Shown here one piece after another: positions 1-9,757 of a DNA stretch of 64,000 nucleotides. Source of the DNA: Dehalococcoidia bacterium (GTDB lineage: Bacteria > Chloroflexota > Dehalococcoidia > UBA2979). The DNA lies in NCBI GenBank assembly GCA_965219085.1, contig OZ244720.1, forward strand, positions 1,824,001 through 1,888,000. Reading direction: 5' to 3'. The translations under genes were made by a program, and so were the position numbers. Numbering within the stretch: the first letter of the stretch is position 1; each line of letters starts with the position of its first letter. The notes under the pieces are model-generated. The model searched no databases, was not told where the DNA came from, and saw nothing but the letters and a program-made list of their open reading frames with translations.

Positions 1-344
1 CAGAACATGGCCCTCGCGGCGGTTGCCGAAGGTCTCTGCCTCGACTGGAGCACTGGGGGTCTCACGAGAATCCCCGGCCTGGCCCGGATGCTGGGTGCGG
101 ACGCTGCCTGGACGATGGTGGGCGTGGTGTGCCTCGGTCAGGCTGCGGCGCTCCCCACCGCGCAGCGGTCGCCGCACTCAGAGGTCGTCACGTGGTTGGA
201 GTGATCTCCGTGTAGCCTCGCCGCGACGCTCCCGGCGGGACACAAGCTCTGCACGCGCCCGGCTTGCCCATCACAATCGACGCTCTCTTCGCTCGGAGGA
301 AGGCCGGGGAGTCGCGGGTTATCCTCGCCACCGAGGGAGGCGAC

Positions 345-1451
345 GTGCCCGCATCGGACTTCATGACCGCCGCGCTCGCCGAGGCGCGGCACGCCCTCGG
401 CTGGACCTCGCCGAACCCCGCGGTCGGCGCGGTCGTCGTGCGCGACGGTGAGATCGTCGGCGCGGGGCGCACGCAGCCGCCCGGCGGCAACCACGCCGAG
501 GTCGAGGCGCTCGCCGACGCCGGCGACCGCGCGCGCGGCGCGACCGTGTTCGTCACCCTCGAGCCCTGCTCCCACCACGGCCGCACCCCGCCCTGCACCG
601 ACGCGCTCATCGCGGCGGACGTCGTGGCCGTCCGCTACGCCATCGCCGACCCGGACCCAAACGTCTCGGGCGCCGGGCACCGCCAGCTCGTGGAGGCCGG
701 CATCACCGTCGAGGCGGGCGATGGGACCGAGGAGTCCTCGCAGCTGCTCGAGGGCTACCTGCACCATCGCCGCACGGGACGGCCGTTCGTGATCGTGAAG
801 TACGCCGCGTCGCTCGACGGGCGCATCGCGGCGGCCTCGGGCGACTCACGGTGGGTGTCCGGGCCCGAGACGCTCGAGTGGGCGCACCGCCACCGGCCAC
901 ACCTCGACGCGATCGTCGTGGGCTCCAACACCGTCGTCGTGGACGACCCGCAGCTGACGGCGCGGCCGGGCGGCACGACCGAGGGGGTGCCGCAACCACT
1001 GCGCGTCGTGGCCGACTCGCGCGGGCGCGTGCCGGACACCGCGCGCGTGCTCGAAGGCCCCTCGCCCACACTGATCGCGACCACCGAGACCTCCGACGCA
1101 GCGTGGCGCGAGCGCATGGCGGCGCGTGGCGCGGAAGTCGCCGTCCTGTCCGCGGACGGCGGCCGCGTCGACCTCGGCGCACTGCTCGCGGCGCTCGAAG
1201 CGCGCGGGGTGCTGACGGTGCTGTTCGAGGGCGGCGGGGTGCTGCTCGGCTCGCTGTTCGACCGGCGCCTCGTCGACAAGTTGCACGCGGTGATCGCCCC
1301 GCTCGTGATCGGGGCGTTCGACGCCCCGGCAGCCGTCGCGGGTCGCGGCGTGGACCGCATGGCGCAGGCGCCGCGGCTGCGCGACGTGACGGTGGAGCGG
1401 CTGGGCGAGGACACGCTGATCACCGGCTACCCGGCCTGGCCTGAGGACTGA
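345..1451 (+). CDS. ribD: Riboflavin biosynthesis deaminase/reductase RibD
   Basis: SPNPAVG, HAE, TLEPCSHHGRTPPC deaminase motifs plus ASLDG and EGG reductase motifs; GTG start at 345 after GGAGG. Confidence 0.96.
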   Translation: MPASDFMTAALAEARHALGWTSPNPAVGAVVVRDGEIVGAGRTQPPGGNHAEVEALADAGDRARGATVFVTLEPCSHHGRTPPCTDALIAADVVAVRYAIADPDPNVSGAGHRQLVEAGITVEAGDGTEESSQLLEGYLHHRRTGRPFVIVKYAASLDGRIAAASGDSRWVSGPETLEWAHRHRPHLDAIVVGSNTVVVDDPQLTARPGGTTEGVPQPLRVVADSRGRVPDTARVLEGPSPTLIATTETSDAAWRERMAARGAEVAVLSADGGRVDLGALLAALEARGVLTVLFEGGGVLLGSLFDRRLVDKLHAVIAPLVIGAFDAPAAVAGRGVDRMAQAPRLRDVTVERLGEDTLITGYPAWPED

Positions 1452-1511
1452 GCCGCGCACGATGGGGGCGAGTCGCAGTACGCTTGTCGGCACGGCGGCG
1501 GAGGGGCGCAC

Positions 1512-2108
1512 ATGTTCACTGGCATCATCGAAGAGGTCGGCACCGTACGTTCGCGCGAGGGCGGCGAACTCGTCATCGAGTGCGCGGTCATCAACGAGGA
1601 CACGCAGCTCGGCGACTCGATCGCCATCAACGGCGTCGACCTGACGGTACGCACGATGGCGGACGACGCGTTGACGTTCGACGTGATGCCGGAGACCTTC
1701 CGGCGCTCCAACCTCGGCGACTCCGAAGCGGGCGACCGCGTCAACCTCGAACGCTCCGTGCGGCCGATGGACCGCCTCTCCGGGCACATCGTGCGCGGCG
1801 TGGTGGAGACGCGGTGCGAGCTCGTGAGCCTGACGCCCGAAGGCGACGCGGTGATCGCGCGCTACCGCCCCGATCCCGACTACATGCAGTACGTGCTGAT
1901 GAAGGGCCCGGTCTGCCTCGACGGCGCATCGCTGACCGTCATGGAGAAGGACGACGACACGTTCTCCATCTCGCTCGTGCAGTACACGCAGGAGCACACG
2001 AACCTGACGAGCCGAATGCCGGGTGATAGCATCAACCTCGAGACCGACATCATCGCCCGGTATATCGAGCAGATCCTCGATGCCCGCTCGGGCGGGAGCG
2101 CCACGTGA
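1512..2108 (+). CDS. ribE: Riboflavin synthase alpha chain
   Basis: MFTGIIEE N-terminus, GDSIAINGV, VNLERS, INLETD. Confidence 0.96.
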   Translation: MFTGIIEEVGTVRSREGGELVIECAVINEDTQLGDSIAINGVDLTVRTMADDALTFDVMPETFRRSNLGDSEAGDRVNLERSVRPMDRLSGHIVRGVVETRCELVSLTPEGDAVIARYRPDPDYMQYVLMKGPVCLDGASLTVMEKDDDTFSISLVQYTQEHTNLTSRMPGDSINLETDIIARYIEQILDARSGGSAT

Positions 2109-3376
2109 CCGATCAACCCGCCGTCCCGGCTGACCACACCACCGACGCCGCGACCCTCGGCGCACGCGACGTGGTCGAGGTTCCCGAGGCGATCGAGGAG
2201 TTCCGCCGCGGCCGCCCGATCATCATCGTCGACGACGAGGACCGCGAGAACGAGGGCGACGTCTGCTACCCGGCAGACGTCGTCGACGCCGACGCGATCA
2301 ACTTCATGGCCATGCACGCGCGCGGCCTGATCTGCATGGCGATGACCGGCGAGCGCCTCGACGCACTCGGGATCCCGCAGATGACGTCGGACAACACCGC
2401 GCCGCTCGGCACCGCATTCACGGTCAGCGTCGAGGCGGCCACGGGCGTGACGACGGGAATCTCGGCGGGTGACCGCGCGCGCACCGTGCAGGTGCTGGCC
2501 GACTCCACCTCGCGGCCCGAGGACCTGACGCAGCCGGGCCACATGTTCCCGCTGCGCGCGCGTGCGGGCGGCGTGCTGGTGCGCGCCGGGCAGACGGAAG
2601 CGTCGGTCGACCTGGCGAAGCTCGCGGGCCGCGTACCGGCATCGGTGATCTGCGAGGTCATGGCCGACGACGGCACGATGGCCCGCATGCCGACCCTGAT
2701 CGAGTTCGCGAGCAAGCACCAGCTGAAGATCGTCACGGTCAACGACCTCATCAAGTACCGCCTGCGCGTCGACTCACTCATCGAGCGCGCGAGCGAGACC
2801 GAGCTGCCGACCGCGCACGGCATGTTCCGTGCCATCCACTTCAGCACGCTCATCGACGAGAAGGTCCACGTCGCGCTCGTCATGGGCGATGTGGCGACGG
2901 AGGAGCCGGTCCTGGTACGCGTCCACGACCAGTGCGTGACCGGCGACGTGTTCGGCTCGCGGCGCTGCGACTGCGGCGAGCAGCTCGAAGAGGCGATCCG
3001 CCGCGTCGCCGCCGAGGGCCGGGGCATCGTGCTCTACATGGACCAGGAGGGCCGCGGCATCGGCCTCCACAACAAGATCCGCGCCTACCAGCTACAGGAC
3101 CGCGGCATGGACACCGTCGAGGCGAACGAGGCGCTGGGGCTGCCCGCCGACAACCGCGAATACGGGATCGGCATGCAGATCCTGGTGAACCTCGGGGTGC
3201 AGCAGATGCGGCTGATGACCAACAACCCGATCAAGCGCTCGGGCCTCGAAGGCTTCGGCCTGGAAATCGTCGAGCGCGTTCCGATCGAGGTGCCCCCCAA
3301 CCTGCACAACACCGGCTACCTGCGGACCAAGCGCCAGCGGATGGGGCACCTTCTCGAATCCGAGGAGTTGGACTAG
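2105..3376 (+). CDS. ribBA: Bifunctional DHBP synthase / GTP cyclohydrolase II
   Basis: DDEDRENEGD, RAGQTEASVDL, CVTGDVFGSRRCDCG, QEGRGIGL, LMTNNP. Confidence 0.97.
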   Translation: MTDQPAVPADHTTDAATLGARDVVEVPEAIEEFRRGRPIIIVDDEDRENEGDVCYPADVVDADAINFMAMHARGLICMAMTGERLDALGIPQMTSDNTAPLGTAFTVSVEAATGVTTGISAGDRARTVQVLADSTSRPEDLTQPGHMFPLRARAGGVLVRAGQTEASVDLAKLAGRVPASVICEVMADDGTMARMPTLIEFASKHQLKIVTVNDLIKYRLRVDSLIERASETELPTAHGMFRAIHFSTLIDEKVHVALVMGDVATEEPVLVRVHDQCVTGDVFGSRRCDCGEQLEEAIRRVAAEGRGIVLYMDQEGRGIGLHNKIRAYQLQDRGMDTVEANEALGLPADNREYGIGMQILVNLGVQQMRLMTNNPIKRSGLEGFGLEIVERVPIEVPPNLHNTGYLRTKRQRMGHLLESEELD

Positions 3377-3377
3377 C

Positions 3378-3851
3378 GTGCCGGAGATCACAGGCCGCCT
3401 CGACGGTTCCGGGCTGCGTCTCGCGGTCGCGGTCTCGCGCTTCAACGAGATCGTGACGGAGCCGCTGCTTGCCGGCGCCCGAGCCACCGCCAGGGACCTG
3501 GGCGTTGCCGACGACGCCCTGGACGTGGTGCGCGTGCCGGGCGCGTTCGAGCTCGGTCAGGCAGCGCGACGCCTCGCCGGCAACGGGGGGTACGACGCGA
3601 TCGTGCTGCTCGGCGCGGTGGTGCGGGGCGAGACGCCGCACTTTGATTACGTATGCAGTGAGGCGGCCCGCGGCGCTACACTGGTGGCGCAGGAGTTCAA
3701 CCTCCCGGTAGCCTTTGGCGTCCTGACCTGCGACACCATGGCGCAGGCGCGGGCCCGTTCCGGCGGCTCGGCCGGCAACAAGGGCGACGAGGCGATGCGA
3801 GCCGCCGTCGAGATGGCGAACCTGTTCCGCGCGCTCGAAGAGCGCGCCTGA
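3378..3851 (+). CDS. ribH: 6,7-dimethyl-8-ribityllumazine synthase
   Basis: SRFN, VPGAFE, RGETPHFDYV, FGVLT, GNKG. Confidence 0.97.
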   Translation: MPEITGRLDGSGLRLAVAVSRFNEIVTEPLLAGARATARDLGVADDALDVVRVPGAFELGQAARRLAGNGGYDAIVLLGAVVRGETPHFDYVCSEAARGATLVAQEFNLPVAFGVLTCDTMAQARARSGGSAGNKGDEAMRAAVEMANLFRALEERA

Positions 3852-3892
3852 GGGTAGGCCCACCCAGCCGGGCCGCAGCAGGGGCAAATACC

Positions 3893-4339
3893 GTGAACTT
3901 CATACCCGACGACCTCAAGCATCCCAGCGGAGGCGAACGCGTCACGAACACCGCCGGCGACGCGATCCGGCTGGCGCACAAGGCATTGGAGCGCTTCCCG
4001 GACGTGGTGCGTCGCCACAAGTTCATCGCCGGCGGCGCCGCGATTTCGACCTCGCTCGTCGCGCTCGCGGGCGTCGCCATCACGCAGCGCATGCGTAGCG
4101 GCCAGACCGAGGAGGAGGCGATCGCCTCGCTCACCGAGGACGAGCTGCACGGCCGCCGCGTCGAGCTCCCCGGCGAGCCGTCGACGAACGGCGCCGGCCC
4201 GACCGACGACGAGACCGGCGAGGACGAGGGCGTCACCGTCGAGGCGGTCGCGCAGGCCGGCGAGGAGCTGGCGCGCGCGGGCTCCGAGGGGGAGCCGACC
4301 GAAGGCAACGGCAGAGCACCGACGGACGCGGGCCAGTAG
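3893..4339 (+). CDS. Hypothetical protein with one hydrophobic segment and acidic tail
   Basis: GC3-biased ORF directly after ribH; FIAGGAAISTSLVALAGVAI segment. Confidence 0.6.
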   Translation: MNFIPDDLKHPSGGERVTNTAGDAIRLAHKALERFPDVVRRHKFIAGGAAISTSLVALAGVAITQRMRSGQTEEEAIASLTEDELHGRRVELPGEPSTNGAGPTDDETGEDEGVTVEAVAQAGEELARAGSEGEPTEGNGRAPTDAGQ

Positions 4340-4352
4340 CGGCGGAAGCGCG

Positions 4353-4553
4353 ATGGTGAGCATCACGGACATCCAGGAAGCGATTCTCGACCTGCCTGAG
4401 ACCGAGTACACCGAGCTGCGGAAGTGGCTCAGCGACCTGGACTGGGACCGGTGGGACGAGCAGATCGAGGCCGATTCAGGGGCGGGCAAGCTCGACTCCC
4501 TGATCGCGGACGCTCGCGAGACCAGGGAGCACCGCGCGCTTGAAGACCTGTAG
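4353..4553 (+). CDS. Putative antitoxin (small acidic protein)
   Basis: 66 aa, WDRWDEQIEADSGAGKLD motif; abuts a RelE/ParE-like gene. Confidence 0.7.
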   Translation: MVSITDIQEAILDLPETEYTELRKWLSDLDWDRWDEQIEADSGAGKLDSLIADARETREHRALEDL

Positions 4554-4841
4554 GTGCACCGGGCGGCGCCGCGGTTCTGGAGACGGTTCGAACGGCTCCC
4601 TGAGCCCCTTCAGCGGGTCGCCAGACGGAACTTCCGGCTGCTGGCGGAGAATCCGGGTCACCCATCGCTTCGCTTCAAGAAGGTCGGCGCGTTCTGGTCG
4701 GCGCGAGTCGGGCGCGACTATCGAGCACTCGCCGTTGAAGACGGCAACGACTTCCTTTGGGTCTGGGTTGGCAATCACGACGAGTACCTTCCCGTACACT
4801 TGTTCCACGCGCGAGCCCTCCCCCACGGAGCGCCGGGATGA
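4554..4841 (+). CDS. RelE/ParE-family toxin
   Basis: RFWRRFERLP...NPGHPSLRFKKV...WSARVGRDYRAL...WVGNHDEY pattern. Confidence 0.8.
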   Translation: MHRAAPRFWRRFERLPEPLQRVARRNFRLLAENPGHPSLRFKKVGAFWSARVGRDYRALAVEDGNDFLWVWVGNHDEYLPVHLFHARALPHGAPG

Positions 4842-6061
4842 ACAACACATCCCCGACTCATGAGTCCGAGCGCCACGATCGCGACGCTGTGTCCCGGCTC
4901 GCGCCGACGCTGCCGAGGCGTATCGCCCACTTCGACCTCGACACCTTCTTCGTCTCGGTCGAGCGCACGCTCGACCCGTCGCTGATCGGCAAGCCGGTGC
5001 TTGTCGGCGGGACCGGCGGGCGGGGCGTCGTCGCGTCCGCCTCTTACGAGTCGAGGGCGTTCGGGTGCCACTCGGCGCAGCCGATGTCGCAGGCGCTGCG
5101 GTTGTGCCCGCAGGCCGTCGTCGTGCCGCCGCACTTCGACCGCTACCAGGAGTCCTCGCGCGCGTTCCACGCGATCCTGCGCGACGAGAGCCCGATCGTG
5201 GAGCCCGGTGGCATCGACGAGGCGTATGCCGACCTCACCGGCCTCGGCGAAGGCGGCACGGGCGCGCGCGCCGCTGCCGAGCGCGTGCGCACGCGGACGC
5301 GCGAAGAGCTGAGCCTCCCCGTCTCGGTCTGCATCGCCGGGTCGCGCACGACCGCGAAGGTCGGCAGCGACCGCGCGAAGCCCGACGGGCTGCTCGAGTT
5401 GCCCGTCGGCGAGGACGCGGCGTTCCTCGCGCCGCTGCCGTTGCGCGAGTTGCCGATGGTCGGGCCGCGCTTCGGCGAGCAGCTCGCGGCGCTCGGCGTG
5501 CGCAGCATCGGCGACGCTGCCGCGCTCGACGCGCGATGGCTGGAGCAGCGCTTCGGCCGCGCCGGCGTCGTGCTCTCCGAGCGCGCTCGAGGCCTCGACC
5601 CCGCGCCGGTGCGGGCGGGCGGGCGGGACGCGCGCTCGATCTCCCGCGAGGTGACGTTCGGCGAGGACGTGACGGACATCGAGGCGCTGCGTCGCACGCT
5701 GCGCGAGCACGCCGAGCGGGTCGGCGCCGACCTGCGCCGGCAGCAGCGGCGCGCGCGCACCGTCACGCTCAAGCTGCGCTGGGCGGACTTCACCACGCTC
5801 ACCCGCAGCCGCACCCTCGACCGCCCCGTGCAGGGCACCGACGACCTCGCGGCGTGGGGCCACGCGCTGCTCGACGAGCTGCTGGCGCGCGAGTCGCTGC
5901 GGCCGGTGCGGCTGATCGGCCTCGGCGCGACAAACCTCGTCGAGGACGCGGTGCAGCTCGGCTTCGATGACGCGTCGACGCGCCGCGCGGAGCAGATCGA
6001 CCGCACGGTCGACGCGATCCGGGGGCGCTACGGGGACGACTCGGTGACGCGAGGGCTGTAG
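4838..6061 (+). CDS. dinB: DNA polymerase IV (Y family)
   Basis: HFDLDTFFVSVE, ASYESRAFG, IDEAY, AKPDG; ATGA overlap with toxin stop. Confidence 0.93.
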   Translation: MNNTSPTHESERHDRDAVSRLAPTLPRRIAHFDLDTFFVSVERTLDPSLIGKPVLVGGTGGRGVVASASYESRAFGCHSAQPMSQALRLCPQAVVVPPHFDRYQESSRAFHAILRDESPIVEPGGIDEAYADLTGLGEGGTGARAAAERVRTRTREELSLPVSVCIAGSRTTAKVGSDRAKPDGLLELPVGEDAAFLAPLPLRELPMVGPRFGEQLAALGVRSIGDAAALDARWLEQRFGRAGVVLSERARGLDPAPVRAGGRDARSISREVTFGEDVTDIEALRRTLREHAERVGADLRRQQRRARTVTLKLRWADFTTLTRSRTLDRPVQGTDDLAAWGHALLDELLARESLRPVRLIGLGATNLVEDAVQLGFDDASTRRAEQIDRTVDAIRGRYGDDSVTRGL

Positions 6062-6120
6062 GCGGACGCAATTGTGCTACTCTCCGCGCTTCCCCTCCGG
6101 GGGTGGCGGAGGTCCACACC

Positions 6121-7263
6121 ATGAGCGCGACCCGCAATCGACTCCCGATGGTCGCCTCGCTCGTGATAGCGCTGCTGGCGGCCGTGGGGTCCGCCTGCAC
6201 CGATGCGCCGTCTACCCCGCTGCGCCCGACGGCTTCACCGCCGCCCAACCCGACGACGCTCACCGGCATCACCATATCGAGTACCGAACTCATACTCGCC
6301 GAGGATGAGACCGCCAGCATCGTCATCGCACTCGACTCGGACCCCGGCGAGGACATCGAGGTCTGGCTTCGACGGGGCAAGACAGGCGCCGATGACATCG
6401 CGTTCACACGTGACCGCGTCACCTGGGCGGCAGCCGATTGGCGGGAGCCGCGCAGACTCACTTTGACTGCCGTCGTGGATTACTTCGCCGAGCGATTCGA
6501 GGCACACGAGCTCCACGTCTGGACGTACCGTCGCGGTCAGATCGGCGCGGGCCAGCAAATCCTCCCGAAGGAGACGATCCATATCTGGGTCAAGGACGGA
6601 CGCGAGTTCAGGTCGTTCACGGGGGGTGGCGCAGGTGAGGTTGTCTTGGAGTGGCCGGGGTGGGGCGGGAACGGCATCCAGCGCTGGCAGTACCGGTACC
6701 GGATCGGCACCAGAACCGACTGGGGCGCGTGGGCCGATGTCCCGAACAGCGACGCCGACACCCGGAGCTACCGCGTCACGGGACTCTCGTCGCACGACCG
6801 CATCTATCGGTTCCAGCTACGACCGTGGAGCAGCACGGGCCCTGGAGCGATCTCTGCGGTGATCCCCGGCTACGTCGCCACGGTTGGCCCTGACGGCATC
6901 CCGCACGAGACGCCGGGGCCCTTGCTCGAACCTGGCCGCAGGTTCCGCCACGCCGACACCACCTTCGTTGTCCCTGACGGGATGATCCTGTCCACGGGCA
7001 GGGGAGGGAGCACAGAGACAAGGGAGACGTTCCTCTTCCTGTATGACGAGACGACGCTGACGCACATGGTGATTCGTTCGAGCACAGGAGAGACAGTTCA
7101 GAAGACGATCTGGGATCCCCCGACCAACTCGTACCAGGTCATCTGGACCGAGACCGGCGACATCGCCGAGAGCTGGAGCGGCGTCCCTCCACCGCCGGGT
7201 CATGATCCCGCGGCACGGTGGGAGCAGATCGAGCAGTCGATCCGGAAGGATCCCCTGCCGTAG
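6121..7263 (+). CDS. Lipoprotein with fibronectin type III domain
   Basis: Signal peptide ending LLAAVGSAC; VVLEW...WQYRY...SYRVTGL...YRFQLRP FN3 pattern; GGAGG upstream. Confidence 0.65.
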   Translation: MSATRNRLPMVASLVIALLAAVGSACTDAPSTPLRPTASPPPNPTTLTGITISSTELILAEDETASIVIALDSDPGEDIEVWLRRGKTGADDIAFTRDRVTWAAADWREPRRLTLTAVVDYFAERFEAHELHVWTYRRGQIGAGQQILPKETIHIWVKDGREFRSFTGGGAGEVVLEWPGWGGNGIQRWQYRYRIGTRTDWGAWADVPNSDADTRSYRVTGLSSHDRIYRFQLRPWSSTGPGAISAVIPGYVATVGPDGIPHETPGPLLEPGRRFRHADTTFVVPDGMILSTGRGGSTETRETFLFLYDETTLTHMVIRSSTGETVQKTIWDPPTNSYQVIWTETGDIAESWSGVPPPPGHDPAARWEQIEQSIRKDPLP

Positions 7264-7276
7264 GACCAGCGTGTGG

Positions 7277-7760
7277 TTACGTCCCAGGCTGGCCGACGCG
7301 GACCGTGGTGATGTCCGTGTCCTGGAACTGCTGGTGCTGCATGGACTGCGCGTAGTTGCGGAGCGGCGTGACGATGCGACGCACGAGGAACAGCCAGCGG
7401 GAGACCGCGAACTGCGTCACCGCCGCGACGACGAGGAGCGACGCGAGGGTCGCAGGCCCGCCGTCCCCTTCGAGCGCGTTGATGCAGAACGGGATGGCGA
7501 AGGCGGCTGTGAACATCGGCAGCACGGCGCCCGCGCCGACGGCGCCGATGCGGCGCACCTACAGCAGCGTCGAGACGCCGACGACGATGAGCGCGACGAA
7601 GATCATCCACGTCACGTAGTCGTCGCCGCGTCCCGAGGCGTTGGCGACGATGACGGGCGTGACGAGCAGCGTGGCGCCCGCGATCACGCTGAACTGCGCG
7701 CCAAGCGCGAGCGAGGTGAGGAGCGGAGGGTGCTCGTCGGCCTCGTAGCGGGGGTTCCGG
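7277..7760 (-). pseudogene. Truncated NCS2 (xanthine/uracil permease) N-terminal fragment
   Basis: Minus strand reads YEADEHPPLLTSLALGAQF...VSTLL*VRRIGAVG...RRIVTP; in-frame TAG at 7559-7561 where Q is expected; C-terminal part missing. Confidence 0.7.
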
Positions 7761-8142
7761 GTGGCTGGGGCGGTCAGGGCTGGCCTTCCGGAGTGGTGGA
7801 GCGGCAGGTTCCAAGCGACGGTGGCACGGTCGGCCGAAACTGCGCCAGCCGTGTCATGGCCGAACCCTAGTAGCGGCAGCCGGGCGTTTCAACCTCGCCG
7901 CGCCGCTTCGTGAACTCAGCAGGCAGGCAGGGGTCTCTATCCCGCCACTTCTTCCCAGCGACGACCGTCTTGGCCACTCCGGCTGCCGTGAGGCCGATCC
8001 GAGGTCGGGTCTCGCCTTCCGGGGTGCAGCGAGCGCGATCGCCGCCCGTGGCGCGCTGTAGTGCCGCGTTGCCTCCAACGTTGTAATCTGGTCACGAGTG
8101 TAGGTGAGTGCTCCTTGCGCTGCGGGGATCGGGGAGGCCGAC

Positions 8143-8862
8143 TTGGACCAGTTGAACGACTTCAACGACGAGCGGACGAGGGGATGGTGCATACACTGCG
8201 GAAGTGACCTCGGCTCGGTGGAGAGAAGCCGAGACCATGTTCCGTCGAAGAGCCTGCTGAATGGATCACTCCCCAATAACATGCCCAAGGTGACGGTCTG
8301 CGCGACGTGCAATCACTCGTTTGCGCTGGACGAAGAGTATCTGAGCGCGCTCCTGGCGTCGGTGCTCTCAGGGAATACGGAGCCCGCTCCGATCCAGTTC
8401 TCTGTCGCGGCCGGGGCCTTGAGTCACAGCCCGGGGCTGCGCAAGCGCATCGAACAGGCCCGCCGGTTGCAGGGGACGCTCTGGGGAGAACCCGAGCTTC
8501 GTTGGGAAGCGGAGATCGACCGGGTGAATCGGGTCGTCGTAAAGAACGCCCGGGGCCACGCGCTCTATGAATTGAACGAAGCCGTGATGGGGCCTCCGTC
8601 GTCTGTCATTTGCTGCCCCCTCGTCTCTCTGACACCCGACCAGCGGCACGCATTCGAGGAGATACCCCAAGAGGCGGTCTGGCCAGAGGTCGGCAGCAGG
8701 ATGATGCAGCGCGTCGCGGGCGTCGCGCCACTCGTCAACGGCTGGGTGGATGTGCAGGAGTCCGTCTATCGCTACGCAATCGGTTGGCCCGGCGGAGAGG
8801 TAATCGTTAAGACTGTCTTGCGTGAGTACCTCGCGACTGAGGTCATCTGGAGCGCTGACTAG
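8143..8862 (+). CDS. HNH endonuclease-like protein
   Basis: CIHC...RDHVPSKSLL...VCATCN zinc/HNH pattern; TTG start after GGGGAGG; lower GC than neighbours. Confidence 0.75.
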   Translation: MDQLNDFNDERTRGWCIHCGSDLGSVERSRDHVPSKSLLNGSLPNNMPKVTVCATCNHSFALDEEYLSALLASVLSGNTEPAPIQFSVAAGALSHSPGLRKRIEQARRLQGTLWGEPELRWEAEIDRVNRVVVKNARGHALYELNEAVMGPPSSVICCPLVSLTPDQRHAFEEIPQEAVWPEVGSRMMQRVAGVAPLVNGWVDVQESVYRYAIGWPGGEVIVKTVLREYLATEVIWSAD

Positions 8863-9017
8863 TCCAGCTTGTGATCCGGTGGCTGCGGGTCGCGAGTCGC
8901 GCGCAGTCGGAGGGCCGCCGTAGCCCGTTACGGCGGCGCGCGGCACAGTGTGCGGGCTTGGCGCGACGTCGCCGCCTGATGGGCGCGACGCGGGTACTCG
9001 CCACAATGCCAGGACGT

Positions 9018-9026
9018 TGGTAGAAT
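9018..9026 (+). promoter_or_regulatory. Extended -10 promoter candidate for the regulator/tetrapyrrole cluster
   Basis: TGGTAGAAT (TGn + TAGAAT) about 45 bp upstream of the 9071 start. Confidence 0.4.
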
Positions 9027-9070
9027 CCCCCCGAAATCTAGCACCACCCGTACAGAATTAGGTAGGTTTC

Positions 9071-9733
9071 GTGGCGAACAGCCGGTCCCGCACGACCCGC
9101 GCAGCTTCCCCCGCGCGCACTACTACCGACGCACCGCCCGCCGACAACCCGCGCTGGGTCAACCTCGGGCGTGCGTGCGAAATCCTCGGGGTGAACGAGT
9201 CGACCGTGAGGCGCTGGGCGGACTCGGGCGAGATTCGCTGCTTCCGCACGCCGGGCGGCCACCGCCGCTTCGCCGAGGAGGACCTGCTCACCCTCATCCG
9301 TGGCGACCGCGACCACGCGCTCGAGGCCGCCGCGGTGCGGCGCATCCGCCGCCGCCTCCACTCCGGCAGCAAGGACTCCGGCTGGTACGGCTCGCTCGAT
9401 GCCGATGAGCGCGAGGCGCTGCGGCCGCTCGGGCGGCGGCTCGTCGAGCTCGTGGGCGACTACATCTCGCGCCGCCGGGCGCACGCGGAGATCGAGGCGG
9501 AGGTCGACGAGATCGGCCACAGCTACGGCGATCTGCTTGTGAGCCGCGAGACGCCGCTGCTGCGCGCGATGGAGGCGTTCACCTTCTTCCGCCGCTCGCT
9601 CGACGAGACCGCGAAGCAGCTCGCCGAGCGCGACCAGATGGATGCCGAGCGGGCGGCGCTCGCGCGCGAGCAGATCGGCGGCCTCGCCGACCGCGTGCTG
9701 CTCGGCGTGACCGCCGCGTACGACGACCGCTAA
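9071..9733 (+). CDS. Excisionase/BldC-like HTH regulator with helical C-terminal domain
   Basis: LGRACEILGVNESTVRRWADSGEIRCFRTPGGHRRF HTH_17/MerR-type motif. Confidence 0.8.
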   Translation: MANSRSRTTRAASPARTTTDAPPADNPRWVNLGRACEILGVNESTVRRWADSGEIRCFRTPGGHRRFAEEDLLTLIRGDRDHALEAAAVRRIRRRLHSGSKDSGWYGSLDADEREALRPLGRRLVELVGDYISRRRAHAEIEAEVDEIGHSYGDLLVSRETPLLRAMEAFTFFRRSLDETAKQLAERDQMDAERAALAREQIGGLADRVLLGVTAAYDDR

Positions 9734-9757
9734 CGACCGCTGGCAAGAGGGGCGCTC

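Noticed and set aside
200-344. FMN riboswitch upstream of ribD
   Set aside because: Conserved RFN motifs (AGGGTGAAATTCCC.ACCG, GTC.GGATG) are absent
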